Source: Vicugna vicugna (lineage: Eukaryota). Taken from it: a DNA stretch of 64,000 bases. The notes beneath the pieces are model-generated. The model saw only the letters and a program-made list of their open reading frames with translations, made no database searches and was not told where the DNA came from. The translations under genes were made by a program, and so were the position numbers. Shown here piece by piece: positions 1 to 13,650 of this stretch (the first letter of the stretch is position 1; every line of letters begins with the position of its first letter). The stretch is taken from the NCBI GenBank assembly GCA_013265495.1, contig MU058065.1, positions 4,686,976 to 4,750,975 on the forward strand, written 5' to 3'.

Positions 1-1129
1 TTGGGGTTGCTCAAAGGGGCTTAGAATCCAGCGATCTGTGAATAAAGGGTGATCCCATGGGCTCTTTGGACTTGTGACTTGTTTGGGAGATGTACAGACA
101 CTGTAGCGAAGCAATTCCGTGATCTCTTGCCTTAGGGATCCCAGACAATCTTGTACCTACAGTAGATGCAGAACCACTGCAGAACTGGGTGATTTGGCGT
201 CTAAAGCAGAACCATCGCAGACCTTGTCACAGAGATTATTGGCATATCACAGTGGGCCCGACTTTCAGATGCACTGAATCAGGCCTGGCCTCTGTCTAGA
301 AGATGGGCCTGGAGTTCATGCCAGTTTGTAAAGACTGACCCAGGGCTCTGCTTCGAGAGCAGCCACTGTGGCCAGAAAGAAAGATGAATGACAGCCTGCA
401 AAACACTTTTTGAGGCAACATTTAGTCAACTGGTCACACTGACTATTGCTGGGCCTTAAAAATGAATCGGCTTATTTTTCGTGTATTGTTGCATGTTTAA
501 GGGGCAAAAAAACCTCAACCTAAAAATCTGTTATCTTTTTTTTTTTTAAATGAGATCTTGCTGAACAATAGCAGCTTTGCTAATGTTCTGTTTACATCAG
601 AACTCTGTTTTTGAACAAAGAAAACGTGCGTACCCTGCGGGACTTTCTCTCACATTCCTGTTAACTCCAACTGCCACGCAGCCACCTGTATAATATCCTT
701 AGAACTCCTGACGGGCCTGTCCGACTCTATAAAGTATATAGAAATCAACTTTCAGAGACAGCCAGAAACGGTTCACCCAGTAATCAACTCTGTAGGGACA
801 TAGAAAAGTAGTAAATAAAAACCTTAAGTCAAGAGAAGCACATGATTAAGGAGATTAGGTTTCAAACATACAGGTTCTGGACTTTTGTAGGAGTAGGGAG
901 GAAAAAACTTAAGGTGATGTGTTTTCAAGATGTGGGGGCTTTTATTTAACTCCGTAAGATAAATCACAAAATAGCAGGTCAAATTGAAAAGCCTACTGGC
1001 CCTTTGAATCTCCATTACACAAGACCATCGAACCTAGGTTAAAATCATAAATTGAGACAGTAGGGGCATGGAGATGGTTTGAGGAGGTGGTTTAATATTT
1101 CATTACTTTTCCAAGAGATGACTATCCCA

Positions 1130-1298
1130 AAGAGTCTGTGGACCCAAGCAAAAAACAAAATTGCTATTTTTGTGTGTTTTTTAAAATGCAGATTCTTGGA
1201 CCTCACCTTTTGACCAAGTGAATTTCTGGAAAGCCTAGGCATTGTATTTTTATCACTTCTCCAGCTGACTTTTTTAACCCCAAATTTTGAGAACCACT
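1130..1298. mobile_element. MER5A-like hAT-Charlie DNA transposon remnant
   Basis: AAAATGCAGATTCTTGGACCTCACC...TGAATTTCT...TTTGAGAACCACT resembles the MER5A core and terminus. Confidence 0.7.
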
Positions 1299-3554
1299 TC
1301 GTTAGGAAATAAAAGTTTTCTGGATTTATGGAGAATGATGACAATTGGCTGCTTTCTTCAGAGGAACATTAGTAAGATTTCTTCCCAGTTGGACACTAAA
1401 TCAAGAGTTAATGGGCTTGGCAGGATAACAACAAGATGGAGGCAGGTTATCTTAAACTGATTTTTAAATATGACTCAACCATGTGATTTCCAAAGCAACC
1501 CGTGAAAGAAATTTTACCCCATAAATGTACGCCTGTGAAAATTGCAAAGTAACACTTGAAAGAAACAAGATTACTTTGGGAATCTGTATCCTGATTACAT
1601 GTCAAATTAACCAGGTAATTGCCGTATCCTGAGTTCCTAAATAGAAAATTGCTCTTTGTACTTCAAATGGTTTAGCGCTATGTTTAATTGACCTTCTTAA
1701 ATAGATTGGCTTGGTGATTCTTTCATTAAAAATCCCAATATTGTGATTACTTCTTTTTGAATTCTTTTACAGGGAAACTTAACCTGAAGCCAGCTACAGA
1801 TAGAGTTTGTTCAGAGTCAGCAAATAAAGAAATTAGAGAACCTCGTTTAGAATGAATGTTTGTCAAACATGGTAAAGCGAAAGATCATTCTGGAAATGGG
1901 AAAGAAAATAACATTGAATGGTAGAAAGTATTAGAGCGAATTCCCAACCCTGGGATTCATGTCTCTGTGACAAGTCACATATCGTTTCTTTGTGTCAATT
2001 TCTTATATATGTCATGGAAATGACCCTATCTGTGACAAGATTGACCTATCAGTATTCAGCAGCCAAGACCCCTTAGGAGACCGCAGGAGACCAGTTGGCT
2101 GACAACCTCACTGCTGAGATAAATTATTTTAGGTAGATGTGACTTAGAAGTAGTATACTGATGGCTGATCAGGAATCGGTTTAAGGATGTGAGACCAAAG
2201 CTATGAAGCACTAGGAACTGAAACAGGATCAGAGTGTAGAGGTGGAGGACTGAGTGGGTAAGCTTTTCCTACCACAGTCACCAGACTATTCATACTTAAA
2301 GCCTTGAGACCTACTTTATACTAAGCACTGGACCTCTCAGCGCAGCCCCGCCCTTGAGCCCATCAAAGTCTGACTTGAGATGTTCTAAGAGTTAATTCCC
2401 TCTAACTTTGCGTCATTGATCTGTAGCTTCTCCAACTATCCTTCATCTTTAGACATGCATCCACGCACTTCAACTGTGCTCTTGTACTATTCTCAATGCC
2501 AAATAACGTTTGGTTAGTGTTAGCCATTACTAGAAATCCCCCTCCTACGTTCTGCGTATGCACTGTGGACACCAGACCCCAGACCAGGGTCCCATTTCAG
2601 TCCAGGTGGTCCTCCAGTGATCTCAGCAATGGCAAAAGGACCGTCTTTGGTGTCCAAAGACTCCTGCGGCTAGGATCCCTGCCTATGTGGTTGGATCAAG
2701 CCTACCTTGTCAGATAGGGTCGAGTCAGGTCTCAGATCTGGGACAGAGAGATTGGGATCATGGTGTCTTCTCCTCAGGGGCCATTTCTTCTATGAGGCCA
2801 GTTCTCTTAGCCCTGGCCTTGTCATAACTTACCTACTCCTTGCCAGGATGCCAGGATGCTCCAGCTGGTCTCGTGGGTGACCTTGTATTAACCACACCAT
2901 TCAGACCCTAGGACTGGGGAAGAGGGAAAATTCTGTCAAGGTTAAAAGTCATTGGTTATTTTCTTTCCACACAGGTGGCATATCACACCTGGAAAATGTA
3001 GTTGCATTTAGCCCTTTAAAGGCCATGCTCTGGAGCCCAAAACCTGAATTTATTCTAGTGAGAGAGGAAGAGAATTAATGTTTTCATTTATTTTAAGCCA
3101 AAAATACTAAAACAATTCTAAATTATAAAGTACCTACCACTTGTCAAGCACTGACATATAAACATTGTATATATGTTTATATTTAATATATAATAATAAA
3201 TATTAAAATATATTTTAATTTTAATTTTAATATAATAATAAAATAATACATTTAATCTTTAGCTAAAGGAGATACAGTACGTGCTCTAATAGGATTCATT
3301 TCTAGCTGGGGCCACAGACACATTTCTTTGATAACGGATAATGTTTATTAGATTGCTATGAACATCTTGAGAAAAACGTTTCCTTATTTGTGAAAATATT
3401 ATGTACTGCCTTTCACTTAAAAGCTGATCAACTCGGCAAAAGTTTATACTTACTAAAGCAGGCAATTCTGCCTACAACTCCTTAAGTTGTTAGTAATAAC
3501 CACTCTTCAAGATTCTTTAAATAGTAACAATGCCAGGCTCATACATGAGTATTT

Positions 3555-3720
3555 TTTAAATTCATTTATTCAGCCCATATTTCATGGGCATCTCTAGTAG
3601 TTTTCTCCTATGGCAGGTGTCATGGAAAAACAGATGACAAAATATTCAAGGGATTTATAGACCAATTGGGAAGATCAGGAATAAAAATAATCTTAGTATT
3701 AAAAAAGAATGTGATGAGCA
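3555..3720 (-). mobile_element. L2 3' end fragment
   Basis: TTCATTTATTCAGCCCATATTTCATGGGCATCT... resembles the reverse complement of the L2 tail. Confidence 0.45.
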
Positions 3721-5689
3721 CCGTAGTAATTTAGGAGTTAATAAAAGTATGAGTTAATTGCAATGAGACTTCAAAAGTGGAGATAATTATGGGGCTTTAT
3801 TGAAGAACTTCTGACCTCACTGAAACTGTTTTCCCTCAATGTTTAGGGTAATGACAATGTTGGGTCTTAGCAGTTTTCCCATGGAAATATTGCAGATCAC
3901 CTAGATTCTCAAAATGTTCCCTCAGCTGGAAGGTGCAGAGTCACTATGGAAAGAACTTCTCCGTGCTACACATTTATTCATTCCAGTGCAAACCACCGAG
4001 GATTTAATCCCAGGGATGTATGAGAGCCCACAGGTAAAAGGATCAGATTTTTCACCAAATCAAAACACTCACCCATTTTCCTTTTTCTGTCCCATAGGAA
4101 GGTTTAAATTCTTGAATGGATTTTGTCTTGAGGAGCATGTCCATGTAGCTATAACCAATATGAAGGGAAAGACAGGACATAGTTTAGATTTCCAGATCCA
4201 AAGTGCCCTAAATCGTTTATTGGAATATGTACAGAGGTCTCCCTAGAATGTGCTGAAAAGTGTGTAGAACAGTTGTTCCCCTCCCATCAGTGTTAAATAT
4301 CCCCTCTCAGGAGCTGATCGTGGTTAAATATGCAAAGAGCAAAGGTGAGGCTCCCTTCTTCAGTGCTGCAGAAGATGCACCGTTACATCCTTCAGGACTG
4401 GGAGAAGGAAATTAAATGGAAGACAGTTCTGATAAACCAGTCCTGCAAGCATTGTCAGGGTGCTATTTTCACCAAAGAGTTACTGGAGGACAGAAAATGT
4501 CTTGACTTTGACAAGTGAGGAAATGATCAGAGATAAGTGATGTGGGTCCCACATAAATTCATGCCTTCACGCTGGCCTCACTCTCTGATTTATAACAAAC
4601 TGTCCCATCTTGGTAAAGGCGCATGGGTCCAATCAACCAGGATTGCTCCATTTACTGGAACCGACCTTTGCTAGAGTTAGTTCATAGCATGACTTGCTAA
4701 CTAGAGGTCTTTAAGGGGCAATGGGCTCTGAACCTTGGTTGGAAGCCTTTTTTTTTTTTTTTTGGATGCGTCTTCCAGGATTCTGTTGAAGAAAATAAAA
4801 TGTGGAATAAAAATAAGATGCTTACCTGGCTATACTATTTATATTCATCAGAGATAAAATAACAGAATTATTTACAAGCATGTAAGATTTCAGTAGGAGG
4901 CAGAAGGGTAGCTCAAACTTAGAGGAGGATTATGTGAAGAGGATTTTAAAGTCACAGGAAGTTTATTTTTACAAAGTTAAATTTATCAAAGTATAGCCTA
5001 GTATTTTTATTCTACTATCTTAGACATTTATACTAAAATAAGAAAGAACACATTTATAGCGTATATCTGAAGCGCATAGCAACTAGGCCAGATGAATTCA
5101 TTTCCAAAGAAATCATGAACGTATATATGTGGAAGAAATATACAAAATACATAATTTCTCCACAAGCACAGCCCATAAATTGATCAATTTAAGTCTAAAT
5201 TACCAATTAAAAGGGTTTGCTAATTTCTGCTAGAGTTTCCAGCAAAATGAGTGAAATCTTTGGGAGTATTTTATGCTGTAGAACTTCATTTATTTTTTTT
5301 TTTTTAAGAGATAACTCTTCAGAAAAGAGTAGTTTCTGAGTGTGTCCTGGAAGGGCAGGACCCTAGATCTCCTGCTGGTCTTTTCCTGTTGAGTCAGTTA
5401 CTACCAGGAAATTCACCGTCAAGTCTGAAGGACAACCATGCATACATGTCATGAGGCTCTTGTGCTCTGCTCTACTCCAAGCCCTGGGTTAACATGCACA
5501 CCTCTGCGGAGGGGCAGACACAGGACAAGCTGTGCCAGAGCCACTGTGCCACAGGGCAGCTGGGAAAGATGGGAAGACGTGGGGATGGATCACCGTAGTC
5601 CTGCTTCAGGTTAAGGAAAAAAAGTGCGCGTCAGCTAGGGGTAGGGTGGAGGCTCCAGCCTCAAGGCATTTGCATTTGCCATTTGCATT

Positions 5690-5932
5690 CAGTGTTTCTC
5701 ATCAAAGATGCTACTGGCATTTTGGGTTGGACTCATCTCCGTGGTCTGTGGCTGTCCTGTGCATTGCAGAACATTGAGCTTCCTTGGTTTATCAACTAAT
5801 TAGCAGCAGTCATACCCTCTCCTCTCGCCACCATCCCTCCACCTTCCCAGTCACCGTGACAACCAAACACTCCCACGCAGTTGCAAATGCCCCCCTGCGC
5901 GGAGGGATACCAACCTAGGCTGAGAGAGCCCC
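5690..5932. mobile_element. MER20-like hAT DNA transposon
   Basis: Starts CAGTGTTTCTCA; internal GGCTGTCCTGTGCATTGCAGAA and GTGACAACCAAA...TGCAAATGCCCCCC match MER20 hallmarks. Confidence 0.7.
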
Positions 5933-5989
5933 GTCCTTTACCCTGCTCTTAGTTCAGCTTTTCACTCAGTGCCTCGTCACCTCTTTCAG

Positions 5990-6121
5990 GTCTTTGCGCA
6001 GACGACACCCTCCCTGGGAAGCTGCTCGTGACCAGTGGGTCCCCAGGGGGAACTGCCTCTCTGCCCTCTGCTTCCGCTCCCCCCGCCAACTTTAGTTTCC
6101 TCCGCGGCTCCGCGGCATCTG
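5990..6121 (+). other. Candidate internal exon (132 nt) in a CpG-enriched patch
   Basis: Acceptor CTCGTCACCTCTTTCAG|G and donor CTG|GTAAGT; one open frame (GLCADDTLPGKLL...), no recognised protein. Confidence 0.25.
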
Positions 6122-6499
6122 GTAAGTAATTTTTGCTTGTCTGTTTTCTGTCCCCACTCCCCATCCACCGTAATAGGTGCTTAACAAGCATTTGCCAAAG
6201 AGAAAACGCTAAGCAGAACGAGGTAAGTTGTTCTTCCTTCGCCTCCTGAATGCCAGCGTAAACCAGGCTCGGATAACAGAAGGAGGCACACACTGTTCCA
6301 AAATATCCCACAGGCTTATTAACCATGCAGTGCCACGCGTGGGTCACCCAGACCCCTGAAGGCTTCCTTCCCTTCTCCTCTGCTTCATCCCGGGTCCTCG
6401 GCCACCCTGCAGGGTCCCAGGATGAGAATAAATGACCGGCACGTGTAGGAAACAAATGGCACGGCCAAGTACATTGATGCAAGGATATTTTCATGAAAG

Positions 6500-6800
6500 T
6501 ATTTTTACCCGGCAGGGTAGGGAATAGTTACTGGGATTCTAAAGCTAAGAGTCATATGGCGAAGGCTGGTGTGAGGCAGCCTTGAGTTTTGGTTGAGGAT
6601 GAGCCAGCCAGCGGTGACTCTTTAAGAGGGAGCTGAAGGAAGAAATGTCCTGCGCTCATGATCTTCCCTCCCTCCATCTCCTACTTGGGGTCCCCACTGA
6701 CTGTGGCTAAAGCAAGGCTAGAGGGCGGGGCGCTCACTGATGCAGTGCACACGGATGGCAGGGGGAAAGAAGGGGGGTGGAGAAATAAGCCCCTTCTCTA
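6500..6800. mobile_element. Ancient ERVL/MaLR-type LTR fragment (LTR16/LTR33-like)
   Basis: CCTCCCTCCATCTCCTAC...CCCCACTG...GCTAGAGGGCGGGG...TGATGCAGTGCA resembles old ERVL LTRs. Confidence 0.4.
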
Positions 6801-8639
6801 GTGAGAGAATCTGGGGGAGTAAAATCAGTGACAAGGCAGAGAAGTTTCTACCAAACTTCCAGTTGCCCTATGAACTCTGTAATGGGCTGGAATATCTAAG
6901 TGGAATCCCTAATTAAAGACAATGTTATAGAGACTTGCAGACTGATGTGTGTTTACCAGTTCTCAGTAAGGTCATTTCACGTTCCCTCATGTTTAACTTA
7001 AGGGTCTGACGGTAGCTAATTCACAGACATCCGTAAGAGGTAATGCTCAGTGATTGGTCATTTGTCGTCTAGTGTGGATGGAGAGCGATTTGTGGGAAAA
7101 CCCAGAGGGACCGTGGGAAACGGAGCAGTGAGATGAATGTATCAGTAGGTATTAATAGCAAAAAGATACTTACAGGATTCCCTAGGCTAGACAGAGATTC
7201 TGGAGAACAACCAAACGTGAGATGTGGATTAACAATTACATGGCTTTTAAGTTACTTTCTAACTTTCTTTTGACCCTCCTGACTTCGTGAGGGCCCTGAG
7301 CAGGCCTTAGCCATAAGTACGCTCTGAATGTACCTTGTTAGAACACGTCCAGGCCCGTTCCACGTCTCTGTGATGGCTGGGTTCCCTGCCTTGTATTCTG
7401 GCACAGCAGTTTTCACACATGAGGTCCACTCCTCCGCCAGCCTCCATATCCTGCAGTCATAAAGGACGTGCCCCACCTGACTCTAGGTCAGACTGTGGCT
7501 TCCTCTGAGCCCTGAAGTTGCCATGCCTAGATTCTGCACTTTTCACCTTGCTCAGTTTCTTGAGCTTGCCTGTCCCATCCTTCCATGCCCCTATGGAGCT
7601 GACAAGTCTCAGATGCCCCGATACCCTTCCCCTACCTCCTCCCACTGTCCGTCATTGATCCCTGACATTTGAAATGTTTGTCAATCATTCTGGCGAGAAG
7701 CCTGACCTTTGGAGGTATATCCCAGATGAAGTAATGGAAAAATTTTAAAAGGGACAGGAGAAAATGCTTACTGAAACTTTGATAGCACAGTATCTCCAGT
7801 GGATTCCCAATTAAGAAAAATTAAAATACTTACATTGATTCCAACATGTGTTCTTTTCTGCTTCATCCTCCTAAAGACCTCAAACTGGGATGTGTTTGTT
7901 TTCTGGTGTTTCGCTTTTTATCATTTTCTTTGGGTCATTTTTCCTTGAGGCGATACTTTGCTTCAGCTCTTTGCTGATCTGAGCTCTCAATTTCAAGTCA
8001 GCTTTATTTAAACATTTTAAGGCAAATTGAGTGGATCTGGCTGTAAGTAATTCAGGTTACTTCCCCTACTGGAATCTGTGTTTCTGGCAGTGGCCCACCC
8101 GGGTTATAAGCATCCTGCAGCGAGCATAGCTAGGAGCCCATTTCATTAATTGCATAGATTAAGGAGAGTTTCATTTATTCTGTCAGAGGCCAAGGCTAGT
8201 CATTAATTTATCAAGAGAATTAAATCTACTCCTGGGGGATCAGTCCAAACATTATTTTTAATTCTGGCAGCAAGCATTGATAAAATGTCTATCATCCATG
8301 GTGACAACATCCTTTTTGATTTATGTATTTTATAGGGTGAAAATAAAAATGGTGAATAGTAACACATATTCTGAAATAGTGCACGAATGTAGTAACATTA
8401 AGAACTCCTCTGGAAAGGTGTGGGAAATGTCACCAGTCAATCAGAAGCCTCTAGAGATGGTTCAAAAGGCTTCCCAACCCAGTCATTTGTAAGTGAATTT
8501 GCTCGTTTGAAAATGGTCTTTGATGAAGGCGTAAGATGATGCAAATAGTTTGGATTCTTGTCCTTACATGTTTCTATCTGGGGCAACCAGAAAGCCATTT
8601 CACCAGCCAGCATTGAGCTTATCAAAATCTACACCGTTA

Positions 8640-9480
8640 GTCAATGAACACATCCAATAAAGCTTTTTTGAGGGTCTAATGAGTGTCAGGCATAGTGCTA
8701 GCTCCAGAGAGACAGCAGTGACTCCACTGCTACTCCATCACTACCTCCATGGAGCCTCTGGTCCAGGAAAATGGACCACAAACAAACCAGCTGAGGTTCG
8801 AGCTATTCCAGAGAATGATAAGTGATACAAAAAAAAATAATATAATAGAAAGTAACTAGGAATGGTCACATCCCATAAGGTGGTTGAGGAAGACATCTCT
8901 GAGAAGGCTACATCTGATTTTTGAGAAAGAGCCAGCCTTGGAAGAATTTTGGAGAACATTCCAGCAGAGTGAAGAATATGTATATGATGGCCTTAAATTG
9001 GGAACAAACCTGGAGTATCCAGTGAAAAGGGAGCTGGCCAACATGGAGAGATCGTGTTAAAGAGAGAGGGGAGTGGTATGAGACCAGAGCAGAGGAGGAG
9101 ACTAGGCCCAGGTAATGACATGAGTTTTATTTGAGTGTACTGGAGTGTCACTGGAGACCTGATCCAAGAAGTGGTAGGCTAGGATTTGCATCTTTTTAAA
9201 TATTCCTCTGGTTGCCGCATGGAGAATAGACATTAATGAATTTAATAGGTCAAGAGAGAAAGCTGGGAGCTGAGTTGAGAAACAGTTGCAGAGTTTATGC
9301 AAGAGATGATGGTGGTTTGGACCGAGATTTTGGTAAAGATAGAGGGAGATAGATGGGCTTCAGAAATAGTTTGAAAGTTGAACTGGCAGAATGAGTGATG
9401 GATTGGATGTGAGGAGAGTGACGGGAAGAAAGAGAGGGATGAGCTAACGCTTTGGCCGTTGACTTGAACAACCTACTAGG
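8640..9480 (-). mobile_element. L2 LINE fragment
   Basis: TTTTTGAGGGTCTAATGAGTGTCAGGCATAGTGCTAG tail followed by typical purine-rich antisense L2 body (AACATTCCAGCAGAG, GCAAGAGATGATGGTGG, GATGGATTGGATGTGAGG). Confidence 0.8.
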
Positions 9481-10769
9481 TTATGTTTTTTGGTTACTTC
9501 CATGGCTATTTAAACGCAGATTATCACAATGGAACCAGATGTGTCTTCTTTAATAATGGACGATATGAAAGTGAACTGCGTTGGCCCAAACAGTACCACA
9601 GGTTTTTTGTTTGTGTGTCTGTTTAACCACTAGCTTTGCAGTCCTTACCTAATTGTAACTGTTTAGAGCACTTTCTCAATACAATGATGTGCTGTTTTGA
9701 CTTACAGCAGTGCCTGTGCTCAAAATGATGATGGATACATCACTTATAGGTGTTACGGATTAGACATAATTCTTCTGAAGCAAAATTTTTGTGTCAGTAG
9801 AATAGATTGCTTAACTTTTTGCCAAGAGATGTGCTTGAATTTCTCTAGAATCATTTCCTCTTTTTAAAGGTCAAGAGAAAGCCATTTGGATGACATGGAA
9901 CTTACGCCAAATGCTGATTCTTATCCAAGATGTACACATATTGAGTTCCTTTCAGCAAAGTGATTTCTCCTTGAGATTTCACCTAAAAAGAAAAAATTAA
10001 AAAAAGATTCCCTAATGAGGTAAATTAATGCCCTGCAAGTATAATGTGCCTCTGTGATATACAGAGTCTTTTAGTTTTTATACATTTAGCAAGGCATTTG
10101 TCCTGTTATCACATAATCTCCTCCAGCCTAAATAAGGAATCTGGAGCTTGGTGCCCAATGAATCCTATCTTTTAGCAGCTTTATTGCTCTTTCAGTTATT
10201 AATTTAAATTTGCGTCATTTTTAGTTAACAAGAAAGAGAGCTTAAAGATTTGTTTGCATTAGATTCTATTGAATATCCTGAACATTGGGGTATTTAACAT
10301 CGCAGGAATAAGCTATGGTATTATTATTATTGCACTCTAGATATTCTCATAGTGCGTTTAATCCTCTAGCATCCAAAAGTGCTTTAAAAATCATAAATGC
10401 AGGGGACTCATTTAACTTTCCAGTAGTAAAGCAGTCCAGGAGATAGGCGTCTGAGTCCCAGGAGTGTTGAGGCTCCTGGTGGTTAATGATCCAATAGCTT
10501 TTGCTAAGCCGTAGTCCATGGTACGTCCCTAAGGAGGGGGAAGATGAATTGGATTCCGCTTAGCAGAAACCTAGAACTCCATGGTGAAGACCCCAAGACA
10601 GCAGGGAGGTCTAACACTTCTTATTTTTGTCAACTTATTTCCCGAAATAGATGACAGACTCTCCTTGCCCTTAACTTCATTTTCCCCTGAGCCTGTGTCT
10701 TCGTGGTAATTGTAATAGTCACCACTCCCATCATCTACCACGTGGTGCCTGTTCCATGGCATCTCTTGA

Positions 10770-10870
10770 TGAAATCTTCATGCACCTATGAATCCTCATG
10801 GGTAGCATGTTTAGTTACATTTCATAGATGAGGTGAGTGAGGATCCAATGTTTCAGTATTTTTCCAGTTT
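10770..10870 (-). mobile_element. MIR fragment
   Basis: CATTTCATAGATGAGGTGAGTGAGG resembles the MIR core. Confidence 0.4.
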
Positions 10871-11230
10871 ATCATTTCAGAGGAATTACATATTTCTGGA
10901 GGGGGTGGGAGGGAGCATGCAACGTTCAGAGAACCAGAACTTGAACACTGAGCATGTGGCAAGTTACCCTGTTGTATGATTTTCATCTTGATGGTGTACA
11001 TGATTTCTTTTTCACTCTATCTCCAACCAGAAAAGATACTTCCAGGCTGAAAATGGAGAGCTGATTTGTGCCTGGTGAGGGGTGGTCTCTGGATTGAGGC
11101 CCATGCTTATGAATAGTCTTCAATGAGAGAAGTACCAATACTGAGAGGAAGCATTTTGAAATATTTATAACAACTGGACAATAATTTTCTGCCTCTTGAT
11201 TCTAATATAATAAGGTAAATGGGCTTGTCT

Positions 11231-11420
11231 TTTTTTTTTTTTTGCTTGTTTTTATTGAAGTCTAGTCAGTTTACAATCTTGTGTCAATTTCTGGTGTACA
11301 GCACCATGCTTCAGTCATACATGAATATACCTATGTTCGTTTTCATATTCTTTTTCAACACAAGCTACTACAAGATATCAAATATAGTTCTCTGTGCTAT
11401 ACAGTATAACTTGTTTATCG
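11231..11420 (-). mobile_element. Young L1 3' end (cetartiodactyl type), 5'-truncated
   Basis: polyT then TTATTGAAGTCTAGTCAGTTTACAAT...TCTGGTGTACAGCA...TGTGCTATACAGTA; reverse complement of the copy at 18853-19120. Confidence 0.85.
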
Positions 11421-11699
11421 ATTTTATACTGTTATATATTTCTTAGTGTGTCAGCCAGTGATACATACTCCAAACAAACATCTATTCAGAACCAGCTACC
11501 GGATGATCTAAGGTATTAGCAACAGCAGGCTAAATTCCTTTATTTGCTCCAAGGGAAGATATTATCTTAAGAGCCAAGGGCATCAGATTTCCCTGGAAAA
11601 AAAAAAATGGGCTCCCAGGCTTCCAGCATTTTCGTAGTGATTTAGGCTCCAAAAGGTCCGATGGTATCATTGGTTCTGTTTTCTTTATCCACTTCTGTT

Positions 11700-12120
11700 C
11701 CTAATCAGTTACAGGATTCTGCCCACTTTTTGTTTGACATGTTTCTTATATTTGTGCCTCTTTTTATATTTCTATTGTAATCGAGCTAATTTATCTTATC
11801 ATTTCCTCAAACTTTAATTAGTAAAGTACCTGATTTCCCAGATTCTAGTCTGTCGTATCTCCTATCCAATTTTTTTTAGTAGCCGAAAACTAAAACATTC
11901 TTTAGATCACAGCAGGACCCAGCTCAAAATCCACTGGTTCTTATTGTCAATAGGATAAAATCTAAACTCCTGGATCTGACTGCAGCCAGCCTTTCCACTC
12001 TTGCTCCCTAATTCCTCCTGTCCCTAATCAGTTGCCCCTGTTGGCCAGGGCTGCCTGCTGTCTTCTTAACACTTTAGGCTTAATCTTGCCTCGTTTCCTA
12101 GTTCTTGCTGAGTTTTCCCC
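11700..12120 (+). mobile_element. L2 fragment
   Basis: GCTCAAAATCC...AGGATAAAATCTAAACTCCT... typical of the L2 3' region. Confidence 0.55.
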
Positions 12121-12974
12121 TCGAAACACCTTCCTACCTAGACTAATTCTCCCCAATATTGAAATCCTAGATTTCCACCTCCCCCAGCTGGTATTTTGCC
12201 TCACGTGGATGCTTCCTGTTTATTCTCCGCCATCTTTGGTATTAATTCCTGCCTGATCCTGAGAGTCACTAACTCACTCCTGTTTGCCTGGGGCTCTTCC
12301 AGTTTTAGCCCCTTGGTCCTGGGAAGCTTTTTAATCCTGGGGTGTTATCATTACATTCTAGGGTTCTCATCCGCTGTTCTCAACTAAATTGGAATCTTGG
12401 TAGAAGTGGGAAGCGTACCATATTCTTGTTTTCTAGTGTTACTTAAGGTTCTCGTCCATGTGAAATGTCTTACTGTCCAGCCAATCTGTATGTTGAGGAC
12501 TATGTTTTATATTTACCCTACACACATTGACCCAACACATCACTTTCTCGATTAGAGCCTAGAGTTAATGAACTCTCTTTAGTGGGAAAGTCACTTGTCT
12601 GTTTCACAAGTCTCCCACCCCTCAGTTAGGCTGGGATAGAAAGTTTTCAGGGTTAGGGAGTTAGAAATAGTCAAGCCTGGCAGGGGTCCTGGAAAGAAAT
12701 TTGCAGTTGAGCTTCTGAAACCAGTCCTAGTGGGGGGAATCTAGAACGTTTTGGAAGTTCTAAAATAAACTTGGACTGGCTCTTCAGGTGGAAGCTTTTC
12801 CTGGCTCCTCTAGGCCAGAAAGCTCCCTATTTTATGCGTTCTATCCTTCCTAAGAGCCCAGTGGAAGTCAGTGGTGGTGGAAGACAATTGGGGGAGAGGT
12901 AGAGATGGAAAGGACTTGTGAGTAAATCCTGAGGAACTTACACAAGTAACATAAGCAGAGATGCACCCAGCAAT

Positions 12975-13213
12975 GTAGTTTGGTGCAGCCATTCTGGAAA
13001 ACAGTATGGAGATTCCTCAAAAAACTGAAAATAGACTTAAGCTATGATCCAGCAATCCCACTCCTGGGCATATATCTGCAGGAAAATCTAATTTGAAAAG
13101 ACACAGGCACCCCAATGTTCATAGTAGCACTATTTACAATAGCCAAGACATGGAAGCAACCTAAATGTCCATAGACATATAACTGGATATAGAAATTGTT
13201 GTGTATATATATA

Positions 13214-13260
<47 letters not shown>

Positions 13261-13650
13261 TACACAAGTTACTTATACATAGAATATAAAAAAGAAGACA
13301 CAAATGAACTTATTTACAAAACAGAAATAGACTCATAGACATAGAAAACAAACTTATGGTTACCAAGGGGTAAAGGTAAGGAAGAGGTGATGGGACAAAT
13401 TGGAAATCTGAGCTTTGCCAATACTAATTACTATATATGAAAGAGCTAAACAACAAGGTTCTACTGTACAGCACAGGGGACTATATACAATATCTTATAA
13501 TAACCTATAATGAAAAAGAACATGAAAAAGAATATATATATAAATATATATAAAACTGAAACACTATGCTGTACACCAGAATTTAACACAACACTGTTAA
13601 CTGACAGTGCTTCAGTAAAAAATAAATAAATAAATACAATTTAAAAAAAA
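12975..13650 (+). mobile_element. L1 3' portion (end of ORF2 plus 3'UTR) with internal (TA)n
   Basis: GGTGCAGCCATTCTGGAAAACAGTATGGAGATTCCTCAAAAAACT...TATGATCCAGCAATCCCACTCCTGGGCATATA; ends in an A-rich tail. Confidence 0.92.
13201..13259. repeat. (TA)n microsatellite
   Basis: Direct read. Confidence 0.95.

Noticed and set aside
168..222. Short direct repeat GCAGAACCA..GCAGA
   Set aside because: Two or three degenerate copies, no spacer structure; not CRISPR-like and the DNA is mammalian
1772..4246. Plus-strand acceptor-like sites at 1771, 2974 and about 4096
   Set aside because: Weak or absent matching donors, and no coherent reading frame or recognised peptide
5949..6494. Longest ORF (181 aa, minus strand)
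   Set aside because: No recognisable domain; length explained by local GC richness
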